A stretch of DNA of 64,000 nucleotides. Origin: Lytechinus pictus. Its lineage: Eukaryota. The notes beneath the pieces are model-generated. The model was given only the letters and a program-made list of their open reading frames with translations. It searched no databases and was not told the origin of the DNA. Shown piece by piece: positions 51,979-64,000 of this stretch; the first letter of the stretch is position 1; every line of letters starts with the position of its first letter. The DNA lies in assembly GCF_037042905.1 (NCBI RefSeq), contig NC_087245.1:36148001-36212000 (forward strand). The letters are read 5' to 3'. Made by a program: the position numbers and the translations under genes.

Positions 51979-54545
51979 CTGAATTCTCCATTTCCATTCT
52001 TTCCATCTTTGTTTAATCATTGCATTGCCCAGTAGTTTTTTCCCCAGGGAATGAGAATTGCATTTATTCACTTGGCCGAATTCAAAATGGGTTGCTGTAT
52101 TTATTGAGGTATTTGATAGAACTTGGCATATCTGACTTGGTTGATCTGGTCCTCTCTCAAATGTGCATTATCTCTCTGCTGTGCTTTGAAAAATTTATTC
52201 GGTCCAAACCAGAGCTGATATTCAGACGAACCTAATCGTAGAGGATTGTGATGTTGCCTTAGGGAAGGAGCCAGACTGGGATATCTCTTCGAGACCCGAG
52301 AGTTCTGATCATGGTGATCAATGAATGATGCTTGTAATTCCTTGAAGAGCCTCATCAGCATCCGCACTTGGTGCCATCATAATGATGAAGTTAGGGCGAA
52401 TGAGTCTTCGAGACTTGCCCATGTTATTGTATCGGATTGTCGTACCTTGATTAGCCTCGGCAACATTCTCACATGGATGGATAATTGTGGCAAGGACGAA
52501 GGGGCCCTCTAGCATAACCCAGTTTTGATGGAGTGTAATTGGATGGCTTCTACTAGATTGTTACAATGGTTTCCGACATTGGTCTGGTACAAGTTGTGGA
52601 AATTCTATTTGGTGCTGTCCTTGAAATTTGACATTCCTTCTGGAAGATTGTTACAGTTGGCTTTCACTTTTGCCTAAAGAAGTAGATTCCTACGTCAAGT
52701 CTGAAAGAGCCTGTGGAAATTTTTGTCTGGTGCTGCTTCTGAAATTCCGTCTTAATCATCTTTCGATTGAAGAAAGTGTTTCCTACATCCATTCTGAAAG
52801 GAGTTATTGGATGCCGTCTCATAAATTTGACATTGCACTTCACTACTAGGGAACATGCGTTGTACTGTGATGATTGAGGGTGCGTTGTGGGATATAAAGT
52901 GCACTTCCTCAGGACGAGCCTATCTTGAGGGTTCAACCTGTTAGATCTAGATTCACAATATCTTATCATTCTGAATGCAATAGCTCTATCTCTCAAAATT
53001 TCTGTGGAAGAAGTGATGGATGCATACGCAAACCATTTGGTTCTGGTATGATGGTGAATAAATGAAGGGGAAACAATAAAAACAAAACAAAACAAAAAAA
53101 CAGATGGGTTTTTTTTCCCTATTGGTTTATTTCAATAAATCAACCAAAAATGCAGTGTTCATTGAAGTTCATGTAAACACAATTGTATTATGTACAGAAA
53201 ACGGTGCGTTTATTTGCAAAATTGTTCTAATACTTCCCAATTGCTCAGGATGCTGCTTATTAAAAAATAATAGCCCCCCCCCCCCCACAAAAAAAAAAAT
53301 AATAATAATAAAATGAATAAATAAATAAAATAAAATTTAAAAAATGGAAAAAAGTAAATAGATAAATGATAATAATGATAATAACAAAAAATAAAATAGA
53401 TTAATAAAAAGCAATTGAAATTTTTTTTTTTTTTAAATGCAATGATACATTAATTGAAAATGAAAAATATTAGGACAAACTTTATTGGTAATATGGTTTA
53501 ATAAAATTATTTAGAACATTTTAGATATCAGTCATGTATGTTAAATGTTGATATAGTGTGAAATGAAGGTAGGTTAGCAGAAATGGGGCGCATTTCATGG
53601 AGAGTTTTGTCAATGATTTTCACTAGTTAGCTCTCAGCCAATCAGATGCAAGAATTTTCAGTAGCTTGTAACATCTGGTGGTGAAAATCACTGACAGATA
53701 TCTTTGTGAAACACTCCCCATGATGGATAGTACAGGGAGGTATGAAGAGAGACCACAATGAATGGATTAACTGGTAATCCTGTAGAAAGAAGAGGGGGGA
53801 TAGAGGAGGGGGGGGCAGATTAAAGGAAATAAATATGGCAAGAAAGATAAGGGGGTGGGGAGAAGGGGGAGGGGTTGGAAAATCTATGCATTGTCTCTCA
53901 TACACTTGGCTGCACAAAGTATCATTGAAGTTGTCAATAAAGCACCTACATTAAGGATGTGGTATGTCATGCATGGCAGTGTCCAGTGCCCCACCCTGCA
54001 CACTTAAAAATAGGACGATTGGTGGTGATGTCATGTATTGTGCGAGTTTGACAAGGAGACCCCAGCTCAGACTGGCGGCCATTTTGTGAAGGTTAGGGCT
54101 TGCTCCTTCAAATCAAGGTCAGTTGCTATGGTAACCTCCTAACTTGGATGGATCTTCTTGGCTGCTGGTCATTTTTTTTTTAATCAATTTTTTTTAACTA
54201 TTTGAATAAACCATTTGGAATATGAAAACAACTCTTGCTTTTCATTTGTATTTGTGCACATGGAGTATCTGTGAAGTTATTGCAATCTCCCTGCCCCCCT
54301 TTTATCATCTGATGCGATATCCACACCCCTTTTATCTCCGGTCATCTCCCCTGCCCTTTTGATATCTGGGGGCCGTTTCATAAAGCTGTTCGTAAGTTAA
54401 GAACGACTGGTGATCCTTTCTTACGCACTTAACCATCGTCAATGAATATACCATTTACCACAAGAAAGGTCATCAGTCGTTCTTAAAGTTGCTCTCAACT
54501 TACGAACAGCTTTATGAAACACGCACCCGTTGTGATCTCCCCGCC

Positions 54546-54650
54546 CACTAGCGTAAATTCTTGCGTCATACCTATTGTTCTGGGGGGATGATTTATTGTT
54601 CCACCCCCCACCCCGGAATAATAGGTGCGACGCAAGGATTTACGCTAGTG
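54546..54650. mobile_element. Short palindromic MITE with 8-bp TSD
   Basis: CACTAGCGTAAAT...ATTTACGCTAGTG. Flanks TCCCCGCC / GCCCCGCC (7 of 8 match). Confidence 0.7.
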
Positions 54651-56029
54651 GCCCCGCCCCTCCTGCAAGCCAAAGCCGACATTATTTCTGTAATCTGTAG
54701 CTTTTTAGGTTTCTAATGGGCATTGAGCAATGTGTAGTAGGTAATCCAAATATAGTGGGGCAGGCGTTAATCACTCCCCAATTTCCATCATTTCCAAATT
54801 TTGACAAGGTCAAGAGAAAACTTTCACACATGCCCTTTATAGTCGAGTCACTTCAATATTCAGTGACAAATGTGCAGTGTCAGTAGAATGCCTAAAAGTT
54901 ATTATTTTTTAAATATTTTTCATTAATCTTAATTTCTTCATCCTCCCTCGCATTTGGATTACCTTTTTTTCGCCGTATAAGTGGCAAATTTGCGGCTTAA
55001 TGAATTGGTGAAATGCTTACATGTATTGAAGAATTTAAGCTTATACAGTACTTTGAAGGTTGTCGTGTTTTGGCTTGCAGCAGGTCAGGATAATCCCCCA
55101 TTGAGATTTGCACATTGATAACCCCCCCCCCCCCCCGAAAAGTGGATATCATCCTAAAAAAATCCTCTTGCCAACAAGTTTGGAAAACTTATCCTTTTCA
55201 ATGGCATTTTTGCCACCCTTTTTACTGAATTGGTAATTTTTATGTTCTAATAAAAACATCATTTGATGTGCAAGTCTCAATGAGTTATCGAACCCCCATC
55301 CCATATTTAGGACTCTGGATAAAATGTTGCAAAATGGATTGATATTCAGGGCCAAACTTTTCTTCCTTTTCAAAAATTAAAAATTCATATGATAACATGG
55401 CAACTATTCCTTGGCTGTTTTTGCGACATGAAATATTCCAATATCCACCAAATTAGTGAACCTCATTAGTAAACTTCATTTTCTGGTAGTTTCAAAGTGT
55501 TTCCATGATCTAAAATAGGAATTAAAGGCACAGCGGTTATTGACCCAGTTTGCAACATTCCGAGTATAGTTTCAGTTAAAACTAGGGAGGGATATTTTTT
55601 TCATTTTCAAAAAGTGAACTTCATTAAATGCAGTTTTGTGGAAATTATTTCGATTTTGTTTTTTTTTATTTGAAGATTACTGACAAAGTGTTGTATAGTT
55701 TGTCACATATTTAATTTTTATTCTCGAATAATTATCAATGCATTTAAAAGAGACGCAGTACATGGACAACATATAAAATTCACAAAACAAGAATAAATAG
55801 GCCTATTACTTTAAATTGGCAGTGCTAACGGATATATATCTAGTTTGGATAAAGTTTTTGAGTGTTTCTGTCACAAGAAGTTTTGGATCTGAAGATAATT
55901 GGAATTTTTTTTTTTCGCATTTGCATTTCCTGAAGTTCACTCTTTTCCCTCCACATCCAAGGGTAAGGCGGGAGAGAGAAGGGAAGAAGGGGAAAGGAGG
56001 AACAGAAAGAAAGGGTGATAGAATGAGGT

Positions 56030-56590
56030 GGTAAAGAGAAAGGGGTTGTCATATAAAGAATGTGGAAGGAATGATGAGATCGTTTGACAAGGATGAAAAA
56101 AAACCATTAGTAAAGCTGGATGTGATTATGTGTGTGTGTGTGTGTGTAGAGAGAGTGGGTGAGTGAGAGAAGTGGGAGAGAGATTAAAGAAAGGGAGGGA
56201 AAGAGAAAGGGGTTGTCATTTTGAGAAGGTGGATGTGATGATGAGATCGTTTGACAAGGATGAAAGAACCTTAGTAAAGCTGAATGTGATTGTGTGTATG
56301 TGTGAGAGAGAGTGAGTGAGAGAGGTGGGAGAGAGATTAAAGAAAGGGAGGGAAAGAGAAAGGGGCTGTCATTTTGAGAAGGTGGATGTGATGATGAGAT
56401 CGTTTGACAAGGATGAAAGAACCTTAGTAAAGCTGGATGTGATTGTGTGTGTGTGTGTGTGAGAGAGAGAGAGTGAGAGGGAGATTAAAGAAAGGCAGGG
56501 AAAGAGAAAGGGGTTGTCATATTGAGGTGGATGGGATGGTGAGATCGTTTGACAAGGATGAAAGAGCCATCGGTAAAGGTGGATGTGATG
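56030..56590. repeat. Minisatellite, ~150-170 bp unit x ~3.5 with embedded (GT)n(GA)n
   Basis: AAAGAGAAAGGGG(T/C)TGTCAT...GAGATCGTTTGACAAGGATGAAA recurs at about 56033, 56201, 56353 and 56501. Confidence 0.9.
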
Positions 56591-57174
56591 GAGCCAGAGT
56601 TACAGACCAACATCAATCGGGTAAGAACAGTTTGAGGCAAGGTGAGAGGAGGTGAAATGTTGCTGAAGATGAATTGCAAAATCCGCAATGAACAAGAAAG
56701 GAGAAATGAAAGAGAGCGTTCGAGATAACCCGGATGTGAAGGGGTAGTTGATGAAGATTATTTTGTCATAATTGAAAGAATACAATGATAAAGAATGAAT
56801 TTGAAATTCGTATATCAGATAGAATGAATATGATTCAAAAGAAACATTGAGCAATATAGAAGAAAATGAGAAATTATAAAGTTAAGTGATGGAAATCCAA
56901 AAAAATATGAAGGGAGAGAGAGAGAGAGCAGGGAGGGATGGACCCGGGGGGAGTTACCGATACAAGAATAAATACAAGTAGCCAGAAGAAGGGTGTAACA
57001 ATCATTTACTTATGTTTATAAAATGGTGATATGGATCCCAAACAAATGATTGGATGAAATCGATCACGTGACCAATCATTTGTTTTAGCAAACATGAAAA
57101 TTTGCTGATGACTTGTTCTTATGACCAGTTCTATATAAACAGGTCATTGCTTTGAGATGAGGACAGTTTTACAA

Positions 57175-57349
57175 CATAGGCGGAAGCGGGGGGGGGGGGG
57201 GCGGGGGTCCTGCCCCCCCCCCCCCCCCTCAATTTGAAGTGGGGGACGGACCCCCACCCTAAAATTTCTGCTTGTCCAATTTTTACCTGTGTCCATCCCA
57301 AAATGTCGGGTGGACCCCCCCCTAAATTTTTTGGCTTCCGCCGCCAATG
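57175..57349. mobile_element. hAT-like G/C-run MITE
   Basis: CATAGGCGGAAGC ... GCTTCCGCCGCCAATG. TSD TTTTACAA / TTTAACAA. A similar end occurs near 2670. Confidence 0.7.
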
Positions 57350-59373
57350 TTTAACAAGGATCCACACCACTATTTTATAAACCATCATTTGATCAACAGA
57401 CGACGTTTGACATTTCACATGGATCATTCAACAGTGTAGTATTGTTCCGAAGGCTTTTATCATCATGATTATTGGTTGTTATACAATCAGGGTAAACTCA
57501 GCTATCTAATTTGACAAAAATGTTGCTTTGAGTTTCTTTTAAACCTTTCTTGTATGGGTTCAATTTTCGCAGGGGGGTGATTTTGGACTGTGGAACGAGA
57601 AACGGCTGAAAAAATAAGCGGAAGTGAGCAAAATGAACCGTCTAAGAGTTTTGCATATTACTACACAAGTATAGACAAATATATTATCAAGTCAGTTTTC
57701 CCTAAAATGAAAACTGTCTGAAGCTTTTAAAAATTTAGAAACTTAAACAATTTCAATAATCAATTCTAATTGGTGAAACGATGCACAAGGCTGCATATAG
57801 ACATGGGCCGGCTCGAAATTGAAAAAAAGAAATAAATAAATGACAGTAAATTTGGCCCTAAAATGCCATATATGGTCAATTTTGAATAATGAATATGTAG
57901 TTCAATATTTTTCTTCTTTGCAGTCTGCTATTAAAATACCACATAGCTTGCCATCGTAGATTTGAGATTACAATAACGTTTCTTTTCTTATGATGCATAG
58001 AAAGCCTTTTTAACTGGTATTCCCTGATTGTAAAACAACCCAGCATGAAGGAAACATAAGTACACAGCATAGCCGACAGAAGAGGGACATATTTCTCATT
58101 TGTCATGATTCTACTTTCAAATCATTATTTTTTTTAGATTATAAAAAGACGAAAAAAAATAATTTTGATCATCTTTACCATTCAATTTCAGTGTATGTTT
58201 TGTTAGTTTTATGGGCATAAGCGCAATGACAATGGCAATGAATTTATTAGCCACATGTCATCATTATTACGGTATTGGAGCCATTTTCATGCATCATTTA
58301 CAATGTAATATTCTTTTGCATTTTAAATATTCATATAATATTTAAAAACACACGGGGCTTGTTCCTACGCGTTAAGATTTTGGCGGCCGCTGGGGCCACA
58401 CATAAAATTGGAAAGACGAGTAACGTTTATTTTTAATTTAGATAAATTTCCAAAAGAAAAATGCAAGCTTTCACATTTTTTGGAGGAGGGGGAGTTCTAT
58501 GACCATGGATGTGATCACAACTTTCCATAGAATATGCGTGTTTCTCCCCACACTATTTTAAAAATGATCCTGCCCCCACTTCCACCGGCTATGCTGATTC
58601 CTTTAAGAAATGACAAATATTCAAAGCATATTCCTTTCTTAAGTAACCGAATAAATGTTGCACCTTTTAACCTACAAGTTTTGTTTAAAAAATCTTATGA
58701 GATTCTGAAGGATAATCTAAACCAAAAAAAAGCAGTTAATAGATGAGTGAGCGAGGCATCCGAGCAAAAAAATAAAGATGTGGAATTCATGGAATTCCAA
58801 ACCAAACTTCGTTTCTGCACAAGTGCATTTAGCTATTGTATTACAAAGAATATTAGGCCCCCTATATTTCTTCATCCAATTTTTTCTGCCCACTCAAACT
58901 GCTGCCCTCCGATTTATAAACGCTGCAAATACTGAACCCCGAATAGGCCTATGAAAAGGCAGTTTTATAAGGAATACACAGGAGTGTGAAAGGAAGCAAA
59001 GCGACGGAGCTTTAGAAGACGATGCAATTTTTAAAAGCCTCCAAAGGCTATATGCATATTTCTTCAACAACCAGTTATTCAATTCAATTCATTTTTTCAT
59101 CACCATGGACCGCATGCGGTATATCTACTGAAATCCTAATGAAGCATTAAACAATCATTATTATTATGTTTGACGTGGAAGAACATGATGACAGAATACG
59201 GCCTCTTCCTTGAGAAATTCAGGGACTTTATATTACAGCATGCATGGGAACGCCCCCGCAAATTAAATAGAAACCAACCAGTTGAGAATCCACATACAGT
59301 AAATGTGTAAAATACAAACATTCCCTACTCAAGGTAGTAGGCAAAGGTTGTGTTACCTATAGTTCTTCACCAG

Positions 59374-59655
59374 GGTCCCGTCTTACAAAGAGTTGCGATT
59401 GATCCGATCAATCGCAACTATGGAAAGCCAGCAAAGTCAACATATATATTTATAAAATGCATGTTTGTTCAAAAAAATTATAGATATGAATATATACCAT
59501 AAATTCATTGATTTTTTGACAATTTGGTGTGTTCTCCTTTGTTTACAAAGGACATTTTGCAAATTTCCTGTAAAAAAATAATTACGACACTGATGGATTT
59601 CCATAGAGTTACGATTGATGATTGAATCAATCGTAACTCTTTGTAAGACGGGGCC
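59374..59655. mobile_element. MITE with CAG TSD
   Basis: CAG|GGTCCCGTCTTACAAAGAGTT ... AACTCTTTGTAAGACGGGGCC|CAG. Family members at 61537-61797 and about 44410-44882. Confidence 0.85.
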
Positions 59656-61536
59656 CAGTATACGTTATTCTTATCTGAATAACGCCATGAAAACCCAAAA
59701 CAGATCATGGGAAGGAGTAATTAACGTTGTCGTATGCGAGGAAGGTGAGCAAATCTTGGTCGACCTATTTCAAGATGATGTTGGTCATATTGGTCATAAC
59801 CAGGCACGGATCCAGGGGGGGGGGGGGGCACAGGGGGAACGTGCCCCCCTTTTGAGAAGCGAAATTAAAATTTCTAATGTAAAAATGCCATTGAAACAGA
59901 GGTGTGCCCCCTCTTCTAAAATTGAAGACCATTTTTTTTTGCTTGTCAATTTTTTTTTCGGGTACAAAATATCCTTAATTTGTGGTTGAAAACCCTCTTT
60001 TTTTTTGGGGGGGGGGCTTGCTAAAAAATTTCCTCCGAAAAATTTCTCCCCCTTTTGGAAAATACAGAAGACCAACTGGATCTTTGATCACCCCTCACCA
60101 TGGCGAGACTGCATCGGGTGAACCTTCCAACCATGGGGATCGGCATGGCCGTCGACCGGAGTCCATTATCCACATCCGAGTCCTCCTCGATCCTTCTCAT
60201 AGTAAAATTGGGTCCTCGCATGCAAATGGCAAATCGAATTGGATGGTCAGCAGTGACATCAGACCTCATCTCACCGGAAGATAACCCCGTGCGGATGCCT
60301 TCCAAGCAACATTCTCCTATCCACCTGACCCGCCATCATCTCCTGATGAAAACCTGTTCTTTTCCTCGCTGACCAGGCCACATGGATGGTGACATACTCG
60401 AACGTAAGCCTGTTCCACTTCAAGTTTTTGGACCGTGATGCATGAGGTGGTCACAGATCGTTGACCACCAGCAAGTCTTGAAGTCTTGGTCGACGCCAGG
60501 TTAATTCTTGCTCTAATGGTAAACGACAGAAAAGGGGGGAAAGAAAAATGAAACAGTCTTCCGTTTCTCGTCTATTCATGACTATGGTAACTTTTTTTAT
60601 TGGCGATTATCACTAGCGCTCAGCAGCCAATTACAATCAAGGTTCCCATGGTAATAATTACAAAGTTAATATTCTTTAATTTTTCTTGATTTATCTGGCG
60701 TGTCTTCGAATCAATAAACGAGACAAAGTCATAAGCAGCAATTTTGTGACATTTTTGGTCCCTCAATGGGAGACAAACAGGAAAGCGAAACAATCCTTTC
60801 CCACTGGCGCTCGTCGGCAATGCCTAAAATCAAATTAAAATTGATTGAATATAAAATTATGCAACTCCCGGTACAACTCATACCTGTACATTGTTATTTC
60901 TATTGTAACAATTATCCAAATAAGTATTGCAAATTTTTGGATTCATAAAAATTCAACTGGTCAAACTCGGTGTAAAAATGGAGTGTTGAAACTAATACCA
61001 GATAGGCTCCCCGCAGGACCACGCCCTGGGGTGTACAAAATACACCCGAGAGCTCGAAAATAACATCAGAGGGTGTAAAAGTAGCAATCAAAGGTGTTGA
61101 ACTAACACCCAAACTTTAACACTGCAGCTATAATTGACTGGTGTGTTCGTTTATAAATAAGTACATAAAATCAAGAGGAAAATCACTAATTGGCTATAAA
61201 ATTATGAATATAATAATGACCCAATTTAATTACACAATAGTTAATTTCGAGTAAATCAAGAAAAATAGAAACAACTTTTGTGAGCAATTTGGCAAAATTT
61301 TCATTCGCTCCGGGCACTTCCATGTGGATTTGCGAGATATAAATTAGGCCCTACACACAAGATGTGCTCAAGTTTAAGCAGCAATTTTCCATATTTAATG
61401 ACAGCCGAGATATGGACGTGGGTCAATCTCATACTCATATACTCAATAGTAATAATAAACATCCAGAAGTATGTCTGAATAACGCCATAAAACAGATCAC
61501 AGAGAATAGTAAGGTTGAGCCAATTTGGTTGATCTG

Positions 61537-61797
61537 GGCCCCGTCTTACAAAGTTACGATAGATCCAGTCAACCACAACTATGGAAAGCCAGCAACGCCA
61601 ATATCTAAAATACATTTTTCTTCACTTTTCTAGAAATGGTGTGGAGTCCTACATTCACAGTTTTCTTAGAAATTCAGTGTGATTCTCTTTGTTTTCAAAG
61701 GACAGTGTGCAAATTTCCTGAAAAAAAATGCCATTGTTGGATTTCCATATACTTGAGGTTGATTGGATCAATCGTAACTCTTTGTAAGACGTGGCAC
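61537..61797. mobile_element. MITE, same family as 59374-59655
   Basis: GGCCCCGTCTTACAAAG ... CTTTGTAAGACGTGGCAC. Confidence 0.8.
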
Positions 61798-62339
61798 TTG
61801 GGAGCATTTCATGACAGGACTTGTCAGACGTTTTATCCGACAAGTCCCGCTTCATCCGACATTTACCATACCCACTTGGCCAATCAAAATCAAGGAAAGT
61901 TATCGGATCCGAAAACTTGTAGGACAAAAAAAATTATTGATGGAACGGTTTCCAGTTTTCTGTCATTGAATCCCGCTGTTTGTCTCCGTGAATATTCCCA
62001 TCAGGTCAAGTTGACCAACTAGAGATCCTTGATCACCCCTTACCTGCATCGGGTGAACTGTCTAGTCGTAAAGGCCATCGTACCTGCATCGTCGACCGAA
62101 GTACACTGCCACACCTTATACCTTCCTGTGGTGATCCTGCGCGTTGTAGGCTCTCTCAAGTTGGAAACAGAATTGGCCGGTGAACCGTGACGGACGTCAG
62201 ACCTATCTCACCGTAGGATAATCTCAAGAGGACGCCTTCGAAGCAACATTCTCCTTTCCACCTGACCCGCCATCATCGTCTGTGAAAACCTGCTCCAATC
62301 CTTGTTGACCAGGCCGCATGGGTGGCGATGTATATACTG

Positions 62340-62567
62340 CACAGTAAAATAAAAATATAGCGCGTTGTTTAAGCCCGTCACTCTAACAACAAGTTGTTTA
62401 AACTTTTTAAACAACTTGTTTAAAAAGTTTACAGTTGTTTAAAAAGTTTACACAGTTGTTTAAAACTTTTAAACAGTTGTTTAAATGGTTTAAACAATAG
62501 TTGTTAGAGTGACGGGCTTAAACAACGTGCTTAGAATTTTAAAACTTAGAACAGCGTTTTTACAGTG
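62340..62567. mobile_element. Palindromic CAC(A/T)GTAAAA MITE
   Basis: Arms GTTGTTTAAGCCCGTCACTCTAACAAC / GTTGTTAGAGTGACGGGCTTAAACAAC. Absent from the paralogous segment at 60.39 kb. Confidence 0.8.
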
Positions 62568-63242
62568 TGTATATACTCTAGCGTAGCCCTATTCAAATTC
62601 AAATTGTGCTTCAGCATGCATTGGGCAAGAATCAATCGTATAATCTGGGCCATGATCTACGGGTGGAAGACTTGGTCGACATAAGGTTAACTCTTGAGCT
62701 GTTGGGAAAAGACAGAACATAAAAATGGGTGGGTCTGTCTTATACAGACATGCCAGCAACAGGGAGCTACAACCCACCACAAAAGGAATTAAAACTACAT
62801 GTATCAGATTATATGGTAACCATTTTATCATGGCAACTGGCATGGTAACAGGTCGGAGCAGTCAATCAAGTCCAGTAAAAAAAAACATGGCTGTTTAGAA
62901 ATATGTTTAGGCCCTATACAACACTGTATGGCCGTCAAAGTAGTGGTGTAAAATGTTTAAAAGTTTTTAAATGTTTTGAATATAAACAAAATCAAATTTA
63001 AAATAAATCTAGACGGAATGTAGCTAAGGAACACTCGCAATGTGGACTTTTAATCATTTAAAAATAGTTTTAAATCTCGAGGGATTTAAATGAATCTATA
63101 GAATTCAAACTAAATTAAAAACTCGATTGGTCCGTAGTTACTCTTCATCTGGATTTATTTTATATCCCTGTATTAGTGTAGTGGTGCTAAAGACGGAATC
63201 ATTACATTAAATGCTTAGAATGTGTATTAGTCCTAAGCGCTA

Positions 63243-63490
63243 CACTGAAAAAAAAACTCCGGTGATTTAACACCAGTCCGGAATCTATATATGTCCACAC
63301 CAGAGAAGTGTTAAAGAATACCAGTTTGGTTTTGGTCTAACACCAGATATGTGTTTATACAACACCAATTAGTATTAATACAGTATCGGTTTGATTCCAA
63401 ACTGGTGTTATTTCAAAACTTCTCTGGTGTGGATAAATATATATATAGATTCCGGGTTGGTGTTAAATCAACACCGGAGTTTTTGCAGTG
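63243..63490. mobile_element. CACTG-ended MITE, TA TSD (inverted paralogue of 18091-18301)
   Basis: TA|CACTG...CTCCGGTG ... CACCGGAGTTTTTGCAGTG|TA. Confidence 0.85.
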
Positions 63491-64000
63491 TATGTTGCTT
63501 CCATAACTATTATTATTGATGTCTCCTGGCTCACCGTTATTACCATGTAATGGGCAAAATGTATTCAAACGATTCCTTTCGCCAGTTGTTGGTATAATCC
63601 TAACATGAAGTACATGCTACAAGGACGGATTTGTGAGAATGGTAAATGAACATGTTCATATCTTATGCTGATAGCTTATAGCAATTCCATAATATGTACG
63701 TCCGACCCCCTATAAGTTGGACCTTCATGAAATTTTCTTGCTCTTTTGATAGTCTGTAATGTTCTAAAAGGACCATGAATTGGTCAGTTTATGAAGTGAA
63801 GTATAGTCAATGGAATCAATCGTAGAAAAATGTTCTACGATCATTTCTAAGCTTTGTGTTATGGGCCCCAGATTAGCTCCTTGCCTCCTTTGCATTTAGA
63901 GAGTATATATGGCAATTCCATAAAATGATCAACCTTTTTGTACGTCCGACCCCCATTTTTCTCAAGTCTTATACAATGTACAATCAGTCGTGAAAATCAA

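Larger units (their letters stand above)
59670..62700 (-). pseudogene. Two diverged tandem copies of an unidentified exon-like segment
   Basis: Segments 59670-60512 and 61470-62698 are collinear homologues. Both begin at a pyrimidine-tract AG on the minus strand and both contain stops and frameshifts. Confidence 0.4.

Noticed and set aside
52030..52530. Possible TIR-domain relic (NWVMLE...KSRRLIRPNF...DMPSSIKYL)
   Set aside because: The resemblance requires several frame changes, spacing is poor, and no box-1 motif is seen. Not supportable without an HMM search.

Overview
AT-rich, repeat-dense eukaryotic genomic DNA with spliceosomal GT-AG introns. The repeat families and SRCR gene suggest a marine invertebrate deuterostome such as a sea urchin (inference). 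Most ORFs in the supplied track are spurious. Manual splice-aware reading gives: (1) an apparently intact 7-exon minus-strand gene (19052->3542, 384 aa) for a type I membrane receptor: signal peptide, somatomedin-B domain, divergent SRCR domain, Ser/Thr stalk, TM helix and an acidic tail with several tyrosine motifs; (2) six plus-strand exons (27065-46150) from the 3' half of mitochondrial asparaginyl-tRNA synthetase NARS2, carrying a nonsense codon, a 14-bp duplication and a 1-bp frameshift, i.e. an unprocessed pseudogene; (3) deeply nested mobile elements: an I/Nimb-like LINE split by two 8-bp-TSD DNA elements and a hairpin-capped LINE fragment, twin Harbinger-like elements in one host MITE, a foldback element holding a re-duplicated palindrome, a Helentron-like tandem-repeat element and many MITEs; (4) microsatellites, a minisatellite, and decayed coding-like relics at 51-53 kb and 59.6-62.7 kb that I cannot name. 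No rRNA, true tRNA or CRISPR was seen. The receptor is the best candidate for something undescribed, but novelty cannot be established without database searches.
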